In this document: one piece after another, positions 8,399 to 17,530 of the stretch
Position numbering within the stretch: position 1 is the stretch's first letter
Layout: each line of letters starts with the position of its first letter
Assembly: GCA_016839745.1 (NCBI GenBank)
Contig: JAEOTS010000081.1
Coordinates: forward strand, 1 to 37,346
DNA length: 37,346 nt
Direction of reading: 5' to 3'
Source: Promethearchaeota archaeon
Lineage (GTDB): Archaea > Asgardarchaeota > Lokiarchaeia > Sigyniarchaeales > SOKP01
Notes under the pieces: generated by a model
Database searches by the model: none
Told to the model about the DNA's origin: nothing
Seen by the model: the letters and a program-made list of their open reading frames with translations, nothing else
Translations under genes and position numbers: made by a program

Positions 8399-11300
8399 TT
8401 GACGCATATTAAAAAAATCTCAATGACCGGATTTAAATCATTTGGCGATCGTACAGTGACATTAAGGCTCTCTTCAGGGTTCACATGTATCGTCGGACCT
8501 AACGGGGCCGGTAAATCGAATATTATAGACGCTCTAACATTTGCTTTAGGTCGTTTAAGTAAAAAAACCATGAGAGCTAAAAGTCTTGAAGATCTGATTT
8601 TTGCTGGCTCTAGAGGTAAAAATCCTTCAAATAGAGCTTCAGTTACTTTGTATTTCGATAATTCTGAAAAAGTTTTCCCAGGTGGAACTGACACATTTGA
8701 AGTCACTAGAACAATTCAAAGAGGAGGGGGAGGGGGCTATAAAATGAATGGTAAGAAAGCCACCAGACAACAAATTCTTAACGCTCTTGCAACTGCAAAT
8801 GTAGATCCTGATGGTAGTAATCAATTCGTTCTTCAGGGAAAAATAGTAGAGATGACTCATATGAACCCTGAATCTCGTAGAGTATTCATTGAAGATCTTA
8901 TAGGACTTCAGAAATACGATGAGATGAAAGATGCAACAATGAAGGAGTTAGAGAAAGCGGAAAGAGATCTCGGTCAATTTGAAGCAATTTTCAAAGAAGT
9001 ATCATCTCAGTTAAAGAAAGTCGAAAAGGAGAAAAATGACGCTTTAGCTTGGAAGGAATTGGACGAACAGATCAAACTATATAATGCTCAACTAATAGCT
9101 TTAAAAATTGAAAAATTAAGAAAAGAAGAAAATGAACTAGAAGCAAAAATAGAAGAATCTAACACAGCAATTGAAGAATTACAAGAAAAAATAACGAGAC
9201 AAGATGAAATCTTAAAACAAGAATCGTTAGTAATGGAAAATATTCAAAAAACTATATCTGAAAAAGAGAAAGAGAGAGAATTAATCAATGAAAGCATCAC
9301 TCAGCTTAAAACACAGCAATCCTCAAATCAAACCTCTTTAAATCTAGCTAATAAATCAATTGAGAAGATAGCTCAAGAGATAAAAACTTTAGAAAATCTA
9401 CAAATGGTACTCGAAGAAAGTCAAACATATGATTCTTTAATTGAATCGGAATCAAAAATTGTAACGGAAACAGAGAATCGAATTGAGGGTGCAAAGGGTG
9501 AAATAGAAACTAGGCAACAAAAACAAGCCGAAATTGATGTTAATATTAAAAATAACAATGATACACAATCGGGTTTTAAAGGAGAAATTTCTACGGTTAA
9601 ACAGAATATTTCCTCGAACAAAGCTCAAATAAAAGTTTTGAAGGAAAATATAAAAAAAAATGAAGATAAGAAAAAGAAATTAGAAGTAGAACTTAGTAAA
9701 TTGAAAGGAGAATCTGAAAGCGTTGAAGAAGCAATAAAAAGTACAAACAAAGATGCTGAATTAATAAGAAAAGAAATAAGCGACTTAAATATAAAAATAT
9801 CCAAAGAAAATGATAATCAACAAGAATTAGAAAAACTGATAAACGGTTTAAGGGATGAAAAAACTCAATTAAATTCGAAAATAGCTGATTTCAAATCTAT
9901 GTTATCATCTTTAAATACCGAAATTACTATGAACACTAGTAGAATAGAGCGGCTAAATTCGAACAAATTAGCAACAGAGAATAAAATTAAAGAGTTAAGT
10001 AAAGGAAAGGATACAGAAGAAGTTTTAAAGGAATTATTAAAAGAGAGAGAATCCTTCCTTAATGAAGTTAACGATTATAAGGATAAAATAAAACAAGAGG
10101 ATTCTATTTATAGAAAAAATGAGCAGGATTTAGAACTATTACTAATGAAACAAGATTCGGTTGAATCAGAAATTTATGATAACAAGACAAAAATTGAAAA
10201 TATCAACACTAAGTTGAAATTATTAAAAAAGGAATTAACAAATCTTGAAAGAGAAAAACGTGATTTAGTACTAAAAACCTCCACATTAAATGATAATTTA
10301 ACTAAGACTGAGAGTGAATCTCAAAAACTCAATACGAAAAAAGATAACATACAACGACGGATGGGAGAATTAACAACTGAGAAAGATAATTTGTCAGTAA
10401 AAATTGAAAACACAGAAAAAGAGTATGAACGAAATACTGAAGATATTACGGGAATTTTGCAGATATTAAATATGTTGACTCAGAACATCAACATATCCGT
10501 TGAGTCAATAAAAAGCAATATTCAACAATCAAACGCAGAGGCAATTGAAACATCCGCAGTTAACTTCAAACAGTTTGTCTTGGATATAGTCGATATCATG
10601 AAAACTGTTGAAGATGTAAGCTCAGAAGCCGAAGAGGAAGAAAAGTCTGAAACCTCTGAAATGTCTGAAACCCTCAAATCAATTCTTCAAACATTAACCC
10701 TCTTTACTGAGAATGTCGATACAACAATAGATCAGTTAATAGATAATGTAAAAGAATCTGCAGATGTAGAGATACAGCAGTCTACCTCTACATTTGATAG
10801 TTTCGTCCAAGATTTAATGGAAATTTTAGAAAATGTATATCTTTCCTTAAGAAAACTGACTATGTCAAAATCCCAGGAATTATATAAACAACTTGAAGAA
10901 ATCACAGAAAATATCAATTCCCAAAATAACGACTTAAATATCATTGATCGAGATTTAACACGGATAACTACTCAAAATAAACACGATTCAGAAGATTTAG
11001 CAACGAACACCAGAAAGTTAGAAGAAGTCAATAAAAGAATTAGTGAGATAAACGAAAAAGTTGAAAAATCTGAAAGCGAGATCAACCAAAGAAACGCTGT
11101 AATAGGTGAAAAGCAAAAAGAAAATTTCGAGGAAGAAATAAAAAATTTAAAACAAATTAAAGAAGATTATTGGGATAAAATCTCTAATATTAAAAACGAT
11201 ATGGAGATTAAACAAAAGGGATTAGACGAATTACAAACTAAAATGCAAGAACTTCAAGGAATTCAGACCTTCTATGAATCCATCCTTGATATTGAAAAAA

Positions 11301-12862
11301 ATGTACAGGAATTAAATACTGCTATTGACGAAAAGAAAACTGTTATAACCAATACTGAGGACAACATTAAAAACCTCAAACTTGAACAGGATGCTATAAA
11401 TAAGAACATTAAGACTAAAATTGTTGAAAAAGATAACTTTTGGGAAAATACTGAAAAACTTAGAGCGCAAATCGACGATCAAAATAAGAAATTAGAAACT
11501 ACTATGGATAAGTTAAGAGCTCTTGAGAATGTTATGATGGTAATCAATTCAATTGATGAACTTTCTAAAGAAAATGTTGAAGCAAGCAATAGTGTTAATC
11601 AATGCAATCAAAATATAGAAAGTCTAAACTCTCAGGTAGATGAACAGCAAAAAAAGGTCGATGAAGTACAGGTAGTAATAGATTCTTTGAGAGACGAAAA
11701 GAATAAGGAATTAGAGGCACAAAAGAAAGCACAGAAAGAGTTAAATAAACTGAACAAAGATCTTCAAAAATCTCAATCAAAACTTAACGAATTGAACAAG
11801 AACAAGGAAAGAGAGCAAAAAATCATATCACTTAATGAAGATGTAAAAACTACTGAAAAGCAAATAGAATCCATTTTAAAAGATATAGAAAAAATTGAAG
11901 TTGAACTGAAACAGGAAGACGCTAAAAAGAACATTAAGCAGGAAGAAATAAATAAGGAAATACAAGGTAAAGATTTATCGTGGAAGAAGCAGAAGAACTA
12001 TCAAAAGCAAATAAACGATTTAAAAGCCGATCACTCAATGGAAAATTCCAAGTTAAATAATTATGAATCTAAAAAAATTATAACAACAGATCAAATAGAA
12101 ACCTTGTATCAACGCTCTAAAGATTATGGTGCTTTACCTCCATTTACTGACGATTTATCTGAATCAGGACTTCAATCAGACATCTCTACAGCTGATAACA
12201 AGAAAAAAACTCTGGAACCTGTTAATTTAAAAGCTATCAAACAATTTGATACCGTAAAAGAACGTTTTGATGAAATTGATATGAGGAGACAAACTATACA
12301 AAGGGAGAGAAAATCGATTCTCGACGCCATCGATAAAATCGAGCTAGAAAAAACTAGAACCTTTATGAAAGCGTATCACGAAATTAATCGAGAATTTGCA
12401 CGGATCTTCCAAAAACTATCTCCGGGAGGTTCAGCGAAGATGATTTTAGATCGCCCTGATAAACCCTTTGAGGGAGGTGTAAGCATAGAAGCTCGACCTC
12501 GAGGAAAAAAAATCAGTAGTCTTGAAATTCTCAGCGGAGGCGAAAAAACGCTCGTCGCCCTCTCGTTTATCTTTGCGGTGCAGGAGTTCTATCCTGCTCC
12601 TTTTTATATAATGGACGAGATCGATGCGGCCTTGGACTCGCCGAATGTTCACAGAGTCTCCATGGTCATAAAGGAATTTGCACGACAGGCACAATTCATG
12701 GTTATTAGCCACAGAGAGGAGAATATTGTAAACGCCGACCGGATTTATGGAGTTTCAATGCAACAAAGTGGAATCACTGACATTTTTAGCGTTGATTTAG
12801 AAGAAGAGGCGAAAAGGCTACTTGAATTACCAGATGTGCCTCCTAATATTGAAGAAAATTAA
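8399..12862 (+). CDS. smc: Chromosome segregation SMC ATPase (long, non-canonical hinge region)
   Basis: GFKSF, Walker A GPNGAGKSNIIDA, Q-loop FVLQG, signature LSGGEK, Walker B/D-loop YIMDEIDAALD, H-loop VISH, long coiled coils; TTG start. Confidence 0.96.
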   Translation: MTHIKKISMTGFKSFGDRTVTLRLSSGFTCIVGPNGAGKSNIIDALTFALGRLSKKTMRAKSLEDLIFAGSRGKNPSNRASVTLYFDNSEKVFPGGTDTFEVTRTIQRGGGGGYKMNGKKATRQQILNALATANVDPDGSNQFVLQGKIVEMTHMNPESRRVFIEDLIGLQKYDEMKDATMKELEKAERDLGQFEAIFKEVSSQLKKVEKEKNDALAWKELDEQIKLYNAQLIALKIEKLRKEENELEAKIEESNTAIEELQEKITRQDEILKQESLVMENIQKTISEKEKERELINESITQLKTQQSSNQTSLNLANKSIEKIAQEIKTLENLQMVLEESQTYDSLIESESKIVTETENRIEGAKGEIETRQQKQAEIDVNIKNNNDTQSGFKGEISTVKQNISSNKAQIKVLKENIKKNEDKKKKLEVELSKLKGESESVEEAIKSTNKDAELIRKEISDLNIKISKENDNQQELEKLINGLRDEKTQLNSKIADFKSMLSSLNTEITMNTSRIERLNSNKLATENKIKELSKGKDTEEVLKELLKERESFLNEVNDYKDKIKQEDSIYRKNEQDLELLLMKQDSVESEIYDNKTKIENINTKLKLLKKELTNLEREKRDLVLKTSTLNDNLTKTESESQKLNTKKDNIQRRMGELTTEKDNLSVKIENTEKEYERNTEDITGILQILNMLTQNINISVESIKSNIQQSNAEAIETSAVNFKQFVLDIVDIMKTVEDVSSEAEEEEKSETSEMSETLKSILQTLTLFTENVDTTIDQLIDNVKESADVEIQQSTSTFDSFVQDLMEILENVYLSLRKLTMSKSQELYKQLEEITENINSQNNDLNIIDRDLTRITTQNKHDSEDLATNTRKLEEVNKRISEINEKVEKSESEINQRNAVIGEKQKENFEEEIKNLKQIKEDYWDKISNIKNDMEIKQKGLDELQTKMQELQGIQTFYESILDIEKNVQELNTAIDEKKTVITNTEDNIKNLKLEQDAINKNIKTKIVEKDNFWENTEKLRAQIDDQNKKLETTMDKLRALENVMMVINSIDELSKENVEASNSVNQCNQNIESLNSQVDEQQKKVDEVQVVIDSLRDEKNKELEAQKKAQKELNKLNKDLQKSQSKLNELNKNKEREQKIISLNEDVKTTEKQIESILKDIEKIEVELKQEDAKKNIKQEEINKEIQGKDLSWKKQKNYQKQINDLKADHSMENSKLNNYESKKIITTDQIETLYQRSKDYGALPPFTDDLSESGLQSDISTADNKKKTLEPVNLKAIKQFDTVKERFDEIDMRRQTIQRERKSILDAIDKIELEKTRTFMKAYHEINREFARIFQKLSPGGSAKMILDRPDKPFEGGVSIEARPRGKKISSLEILSGGEKTLVALSFIFAVQEFYPAPFYIMDEIDAALDSPNVHRVSMVIKEFARQAQFMVISHREENIVNADRIYGVSMQQSGITDIFSVDLEEEAKRLLELPDVPPNIEEN
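10454..10837 (+). repeat. Protein-level tandem duplication (2 x 52 aa) at the SMC apex
   Basis: 10454-10609 ILQILNMLTQN...FKQFVLDIVDIMKTV aligns without gaps to 10682-10837 ILQTLTLFTEN...FDSFVQDLMEILENV; 16/52 identical by hand count. Confidence 0.85.
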
Positions 12863-12900
12863 AAGCTTAATTAAAAAATATAATCCTAAGGTGAAAAATA

Positions 12901-13908
12901 ATATCAGAAGACAACGGTGGGGAGAAAAAATATAACTTCAATGATTGGACTGTAAAACAGTTAAGAGATTTTGCTAGCAGGAATCATATTAAAATTCCCA
13001 CTAAATCTAAGAAGAACGAAATTATTAAGCTTATAGAACAAATTTCTTCACATCCTGAATTCGTTGATAGAACTCAAGAAGACGAGGTTGAAGAAGAGGA
13101 AATAGAAGAGGAATTAATTGCCGGTGAAGAAGAAGATCCAGCGTTACTCCACAAAGAAAAGATGGAGCTCAAATTCTGGCAAAAACCTCCCTATTCTAGT
13201 TTATTGGACCCAGAAGTGGCAAAAGAGTCCAATGTTGCATTCTATGACTTATCTTCATTAGTAGATAAATTCTTTAATAATATGCTTCACGAAGATTTAA
13301 TCAATTACAAAATCTCGGGCATAGCACTTAAGACATCTGCAATTTTGCATCACTACAAGATATCTAGTATAATTCGAGAGGAAGAACAAATACAAAAAAA
13401 AGAAGAGTTAGAACGTTTTAGGGAAAGGCATGGTAGATCAATACCCAAATCTTTAGCACAACCCATTCAACCTAAAATGTTGATTTCTACAAAGGATGAA
13501 TTATTTGAAGCTATGAGATCTGCTATAATCGAAACGATGCAAAACAAAGAGAAATTGAAACGCAGAAGAATGAGACGGGACGAATTAAAAGAACAAAAAC
13601 TTCAAATAAAATCCAAAGCCCAATTACCAAAAGAACTTTTAAAGCACATTAGTGGCAGGGAGCAAACCGTACAAGAATTACATGATTCTTGGTTTAACCG
13701 CATCAAATCTAAAATACAACTTGATGATAAAGAAACATCCTTTTTTGAAATAGCTGAGCTTATTAATACCGAAGAAGAAAGCGACCTTGGCAAGAAGTTC
13801 GCTTTTGTGCGTATGTTTTTAGCTTTAATGTTCCTCTCGACTGGTAGTAAGTTAGAACTTTATCAAGACGAGGATTTTAAGAATTTCTCAATAAATTTAA
13901 AGAAATAA
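12901..13908 (+). CDS. scpA: Kleisin ScpA with N-terminal SAP/HeH-like domain and acidic linker (335 aa; probable ATA start)
   Basis: ScpA N-domain (YDLSSLVDKF...NYKISGIALKTSAILHHYK) and C-terminal wHTH (FVRMFLALMFL...LELYQDEDF). Frame is open upstream of ATG 13162 to TGA 12892-12894; GGTGA at 12890-12894 lies 6 nt before ATA 12901. Confidence 0.85.
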   Translation: MSEDNGGEKKYNFNDWTVKQLRDFASRNHIKIPTKSKKNEIIKLIEQISSHPEFVDRTQEDEVEEEEIEEELIAGEEEDPALLHKEKMELKFWQKPPYSSLLDPEVAKESNVAFYDLSSLVDKFFNNMLHEDLINYKISGIALKTSAILHHYKISSIIREEEQIQKKEELERFRERHGRSIPKSLAQPIQPKMLISTKDELFEAMRSAIIETMQNKEKLKRRRMRRDELKEQKLQIKSKAQLPKELLKHISGREQTVQELHDSWFNRIKSKIQLDDKETSFFEIAELINTEEESDLGKKFAFVRMFLALMFLSTGSKLELYQDEDFKNFSINLKK

Positions 13909-13937
13909 ACTAGATCCCTAATTTTTGGTGATAGAAA

Positions 13938-14810
13938 CTGAACGAAAGAAATGAAAAAGAACAAGAAGATCAATTCGAATCCGAAACGGAAGAAGAAACA
14001 CCTTTAGACGAGACTAGTGATGAAGAAATTGTTCAAGAAGAAAGGATTATAGAAGATACTGAGATCGATATAGAAACCGAAGAGACAATAGAAGAATCTC
14101 TTAAAGAAGATTTTGAAGAAAAATATACCCAAGAAAATATTGAAGTAGAAATTGGTATTGAGAAGGAAGATTTATTGAGTCTCCAACCCTCAGTAGAAAG
14201 TTTAGAAGAACAAGATACCGAAGTTATAGGAGAATATACAACTGAATCCCACATGACTCAAGAACTCACGAAAGAAGATTTAGAATTACAATTAAAAGTT
14301 CTACGAAGGAATCTTATAGAAGGTGCTCTTTATGCTGCCGGTAGACCTCTGGATGTAGAGGAATTATCTACTAAATTAGAAATCCCAAAAAAAGAAGTAG
14401 AAGAACTTGTGAGAGTTGTTGCTTTTGACTATTTAGAGCGTGAGGGTGCATTGATTGTTGCTCAAATTGGAGAAAAATATCAAATGCAGCTAAGACCTGA
14501 ACTTACCGAGACAGTTTCCAAATTTGCTAAAGGAGGTGCCATTGCTGAGCGCTATTTAAGAACACTTACTGTAATTGCTTTAAAACAACCAATTTTAAAG
14601 TCAACAGTTATTAAAATACGAGGAACCGGTGCTTATGAGCATGTTAAATACCTCTTAGACAATGATTTGGTAACTGCTGTAAAAAAAGGAAGATCAGCTG
14701 AATTAACCACAACAGATAAGTACGCAGACATGTTCGGACTACCTAAAAATAAGGAAGAACTGAAAAGGATGATGATTTCACAATTAGATCTTGGAGAAAA
14801 TAACGATTAA
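13938..14810 (+). CDS. scpB: SMC-Scp complex subunit ScpB (kite) with long acidic N-terminal tail (290 aa; probable CTG start)
   Basis: IEGALYAAGRPL, LRTLTVIALKQPI, KIRG, YEHVKYL and TTDKYADMFGL are ScpB motifs. Frame is open back to TAG 13932-13934; GGTGA at 13927-13931 lies 6 nt before CTG 13938. Confidence 0.88.
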   Translation: MNERNEKEQEDQFESETEEETPLDETSDEEIVQEERIIEDTEIDIETEETIEESLKEDFEEKYTQENIEVEIGIEKEDLLSLQPSVESLEEQDTEVIGEYTTESHMTQELTKEDLELQLKVLRRNLIEGALYAAGRPLDVEELSTKLEIPKKEVEELVRVVAFDYLEREGALIVAQIGEKYQMQLRPELTETVSKFAKGGAIAERYLRTLTVIALKQPILKSTVIKIRGTGAYEHVKYLLDNDLVTAVKKGRSAELTTTDKYADMFGLPKNKEELKRMMISQLDLGENND

Positions 14811-14874
14811 ACACTAATGATCTTCGATTTCTAGGGAAATTTAGAATTTTTTAATGAAAGCCTAAAAATAATAG

Positions 14875-14946
14875 TGGACCTGACGGGAATTGAACCCGTG
14901 ACCTCTTGATTGCGAACCAAGCGATCTGCTACTGATCTACAGGCCC
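14875..14946 (-). tRNA. tRNA-Ala (anticodon CGC), no intron, CCA not encoded
   Basis: Reverse complement GGGCCTG TA GATC AGTAGCA GATC G CTTGG TTCGCAA TCAAG AGGTC ACGGG TTCAATT CCCGT CAGGTCC A; cloverleaf with the G3:U70 Ala determinant. Confidence 0.95.
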
Positions 14947-15042
14947 TTTTTTATCCTCTTTAATACAATAGAAAAATAATAATAAACTAAAAATTTTTGT
15001 GATTTTGCTTAAAGAAATTAAGTAAAATGTATTTCAAAGTGA

Positions 15043-17421
15043 TTAAAATTGTGTTCGAGCAATGATATCATCTTGTGCGGGTTTTGATAATTCTGTGAAT
15101 AGAACAGAATACCCAGCTATCCTTACTACTAATCCTTGGTGTTCTTCAGGATTTTCTTGGGCGTCGCATAGAGTCTGTTTTCCCACTACATTAAATTGGA
15201 TGTGAAATCCTCCATTTTCTACGAAATAAGTTCTAATAAGTGGTACAAATAGCTCAATTTTAAGACTATTAGGATGAAACGCAAGAATTATTGAATTCCC
15301 ATTCGTAATAAGTTCATTTTCCAACTTTTTAATTGAATTAAGTATCGCAGTGGGACCATTTTTATCCATTCCATTAGTAGGTCCAATTCCATTAGAAAGA
15401 CAATATCTTGATTTGCGTCCATCTGCAGATGCTGCTGTAAAAACTCCAAATGCTAAGTGAAAAGATGTAGTGTAAATCCCGGGATTATAATTACCTCCTC
15501 TATAATTATTATGTTTAAGAATTTCCTCACAAAATAAATTTGCAACATCACGAGCTATACTATCGACAAAATCATTGTCGTTTCCGAACTTTGGGATTTT
15601 ATGGATAAAAAATTGTCTCCACTCTTCACCCTTTTTCCCGTTATATGTACCTCTATAATTCTTTGAGAGCATGGTTATAAGCTCTTCCAAAGAAAGTAAT
15701 TTATCATCAAAAACAACTTTTTTAATTACTGCTAAACTGTCAACAACGGTGGCAAACCCAATTAGTTGAGTAGTAGTGAAATCATACTTAGCACCTCCAT
15801 TTGTAATGTCTAATCCTTTATCGATACAATCATCTGTTGTAGCAGATAAAAATGGTTGTGGACTAAGTTCTGCTATAGTTTTTTCCAAAAAATACATAGT
15901 TTTTACCATATTTTTAACAAAATATTTAAGCTGATACGAAAATTCGTCCCATAAATCATGATATGAAGTAATTTTTTTTGAATTTTGAATACCATATTCC
16001 TTGCGAGAAAACATATCTGTACCGTTATTTAGAGTTAATTCTAGATACTTTACGATATTCATTTGAGTAGCATTAGTACATCCGAATGATTTACATGGGT
16101 GTGCTGGCTCTACACATCCTATTGGCGCGTATTCGCGTGAATCTTCCAGAGAATAGCCAAGATCATTGAGACCCGGAATCATTACTAAATCGTTAAACAA
16201 GGCAATGCTTGCTCCAGATTTAATTGCCTCTCCGGTTTTAATAACTAAATCATCTGGAGTTTTTTCATGAACGCGAACGGAAAAAGCAGGTTGAATTGTT
16301 TTTAGATTGTTATATGCCTTCAAGAGGAGATATGATAATTGATTGGTTGCATCATTACCATCCCTATCTACGCCTCCAATCGTTAAGTTTTCAGCAATAG
16401 GTGGTCCTTCAGCGGCTACAATTCCTTTATGGGGCACATAATTCCATAATGTAGAAAGTTTTAGGTAAAAGCATTCGATTAAAAACTGAATTTCTTCGTC
16501 ATTGATAACTCCTTTCTTTTTGTCAATAACATAATATGGGTATAAAACTTGATCTAAACGACCTATACTAATTGCAAAACCTCCGTCTTCTAAACCAGAT
16601 ATAATGTGAGTAAAATAAATTAATTGAAGAGCTTCTTTAAACGAATTAGGTGGATTATAAGATATATTAGAACAAATTTCAGAAATTTCAATGAGTTCAT
16701 TTTTCCTAGAATTTATATTCTCTTTTTCCGCCAGTTCGGCTGCTAAATTTGAAAACCGTTGAATAAATTTTTTAGCGCCCTCTAAAACAATGATAACTGT
16801 CTCTAAAAAGTTTAATTTTTCTTGATCTTCCGAAAAATCCTTAATTTTTTCTGTAGCTTTTTGGATCAAGCCATTAAATCCTACTTTTAAGACATTCTGG
16901 TGTCCAGGGAAAAAATGCCCAACTCCATTTGTTATATTAGTGTCTACTACATAAAACAGGTTTAACATAAGCTCAGTTAATTCAGGGTTAAGATAAGAAT
17001 CAAACCTAGATTTAACAGTTTCCTCTTCGTGTCTCCAATAGGGGATAACCTGATCTTTTAATATCTTTTTATCCTCTTCTTTCAGTAAAAATCGTTGGAT
17101 TTCGCGATTATTATACAACTCCAAATCTTGTTCAAGAGTATCAACACGTATTTCAGGGTATAGGGGTGTTCCTACAAACTTAGTACATCGATTCCCAACA
17201 ACAAATTCATCTTCCCATATTTTTATTGTCATATTCGTCAATAAATGGTACACAGCTTTCGCAAACCTAATATTTTGGGGTTTATTCTTTGTAGCCTTAT
17301 AGGACTCAGTGAAAAGTTTAGCTCTTTCTATACAGAGTTCATGCGGCTGGGAAACAACTTCCTTTTTCATTCTTAGAATACGATCCTTATAACCAGAGGG
17401 AGAAAATTGCTCTAATTGCAT
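15043..17421 (-). CDS. Glycyl radical enzyme (PFL2/eliminase-like), substrate unknown
   Basis: Gly loop LVVRIAGYS, single-Cys loop GCVEP, PKFGNDND, GRLDQVLYPYY, HIQFNVV. Confidence 0.93.
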   Translation of the reverse strand: MQLEQFSPSGYKDRILRMKKEVVSQPHELCIERAKLFTESYKATKNKPQNIRFAKAVYHLLTNMTIKIWEDEFVVGNRCTKFVGTPLYPEIRVDTLEQDLELYNNREIQRFLLKEEDKKILKDQVIPYWRHEEETVKSRFDSYLNPELTELMLNLFYVVDTNITNGVGHFFPGHQNVLKVGFNGLIQKATEKIKDFSEDQEKLNFLETVIIVLEGAKKFIQRFSNLAAELAEKENINSRKNELIEISEICSNISYNPPNSFKEALQLIYFTHIISGLEDGGFAISIGRLDQVLYPYYVIDKKKGVINDEEIQFLIECFYLKLSTLWNYVPHKGIVAAEGPPIAENLTIGGVDRDGNDATNQLSYLLLKAYNNLKTIQPAFSVRVHEKTPDDLVIKTGEAIKSGASIALFNDLVMIPGLNDLGYSLEDSREYAPIGCVEPAHPCKSFGCTNATQMNIVKYLELTLNNGTDMFSRKEYGIQNSKKITSYHDLWDEFSYQLKYFVKNMVKTMYFLEKTIAELSPQPFLSATTDDCIDKGLDITNGGAKYDFTTTQLIGFATVVDSLAVIKKVVFDDKLLSLEELITMLSKNYRGTYNGKKGEEWRQFFIHKIPKFGNDNDFVDSIARDVANLFCEEILKHNNYRGGNYNPGIYTTSFHLAFGVFTAASADGRKSRYCLSNGIGPTNGMDKNGPTAILNSIKKLENELITNGNSIILAFHPNSLKIELFVPLIRTYFVENGGFHIQFNVVGKQTLCDAQENPEEHQGLVVRIAGYSVLFTELSKPAQDDIIARTQF

Positions 17422-17530
17422 TTTTAATCAATAAAATTCGTAATTTTTAATATTGAATAAATGATTTATATTAAATTTTAATATAACTGTAAAACTAAAT
17501 AAAAGTTGTTAAAATTGAATTTCACTAATC

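Noticed and set aside
10644-10671. Short direct repeat GTCTGAAACC in smc (KSETSEMSETL)
   Set aside because: A micro-duplication in a low-complexity loop with no independent significance.
8399-14810. Wadjet/MksBEFG defence or Rad50/SbcC interpretation of the SMC locus
   Set aside because: Head motifs are canonical Smc and the partners are ScpA/ScpB. There is no adjacent JetD or Mre11 and no zinc hook, and top6A is paired with a real top6B far downstream.
15043-17421. Calling the GRE pyruvate formate-lyase (pflB)
   Set aside because: It lacks the adjacent Cys-Cys pair of true PFL.
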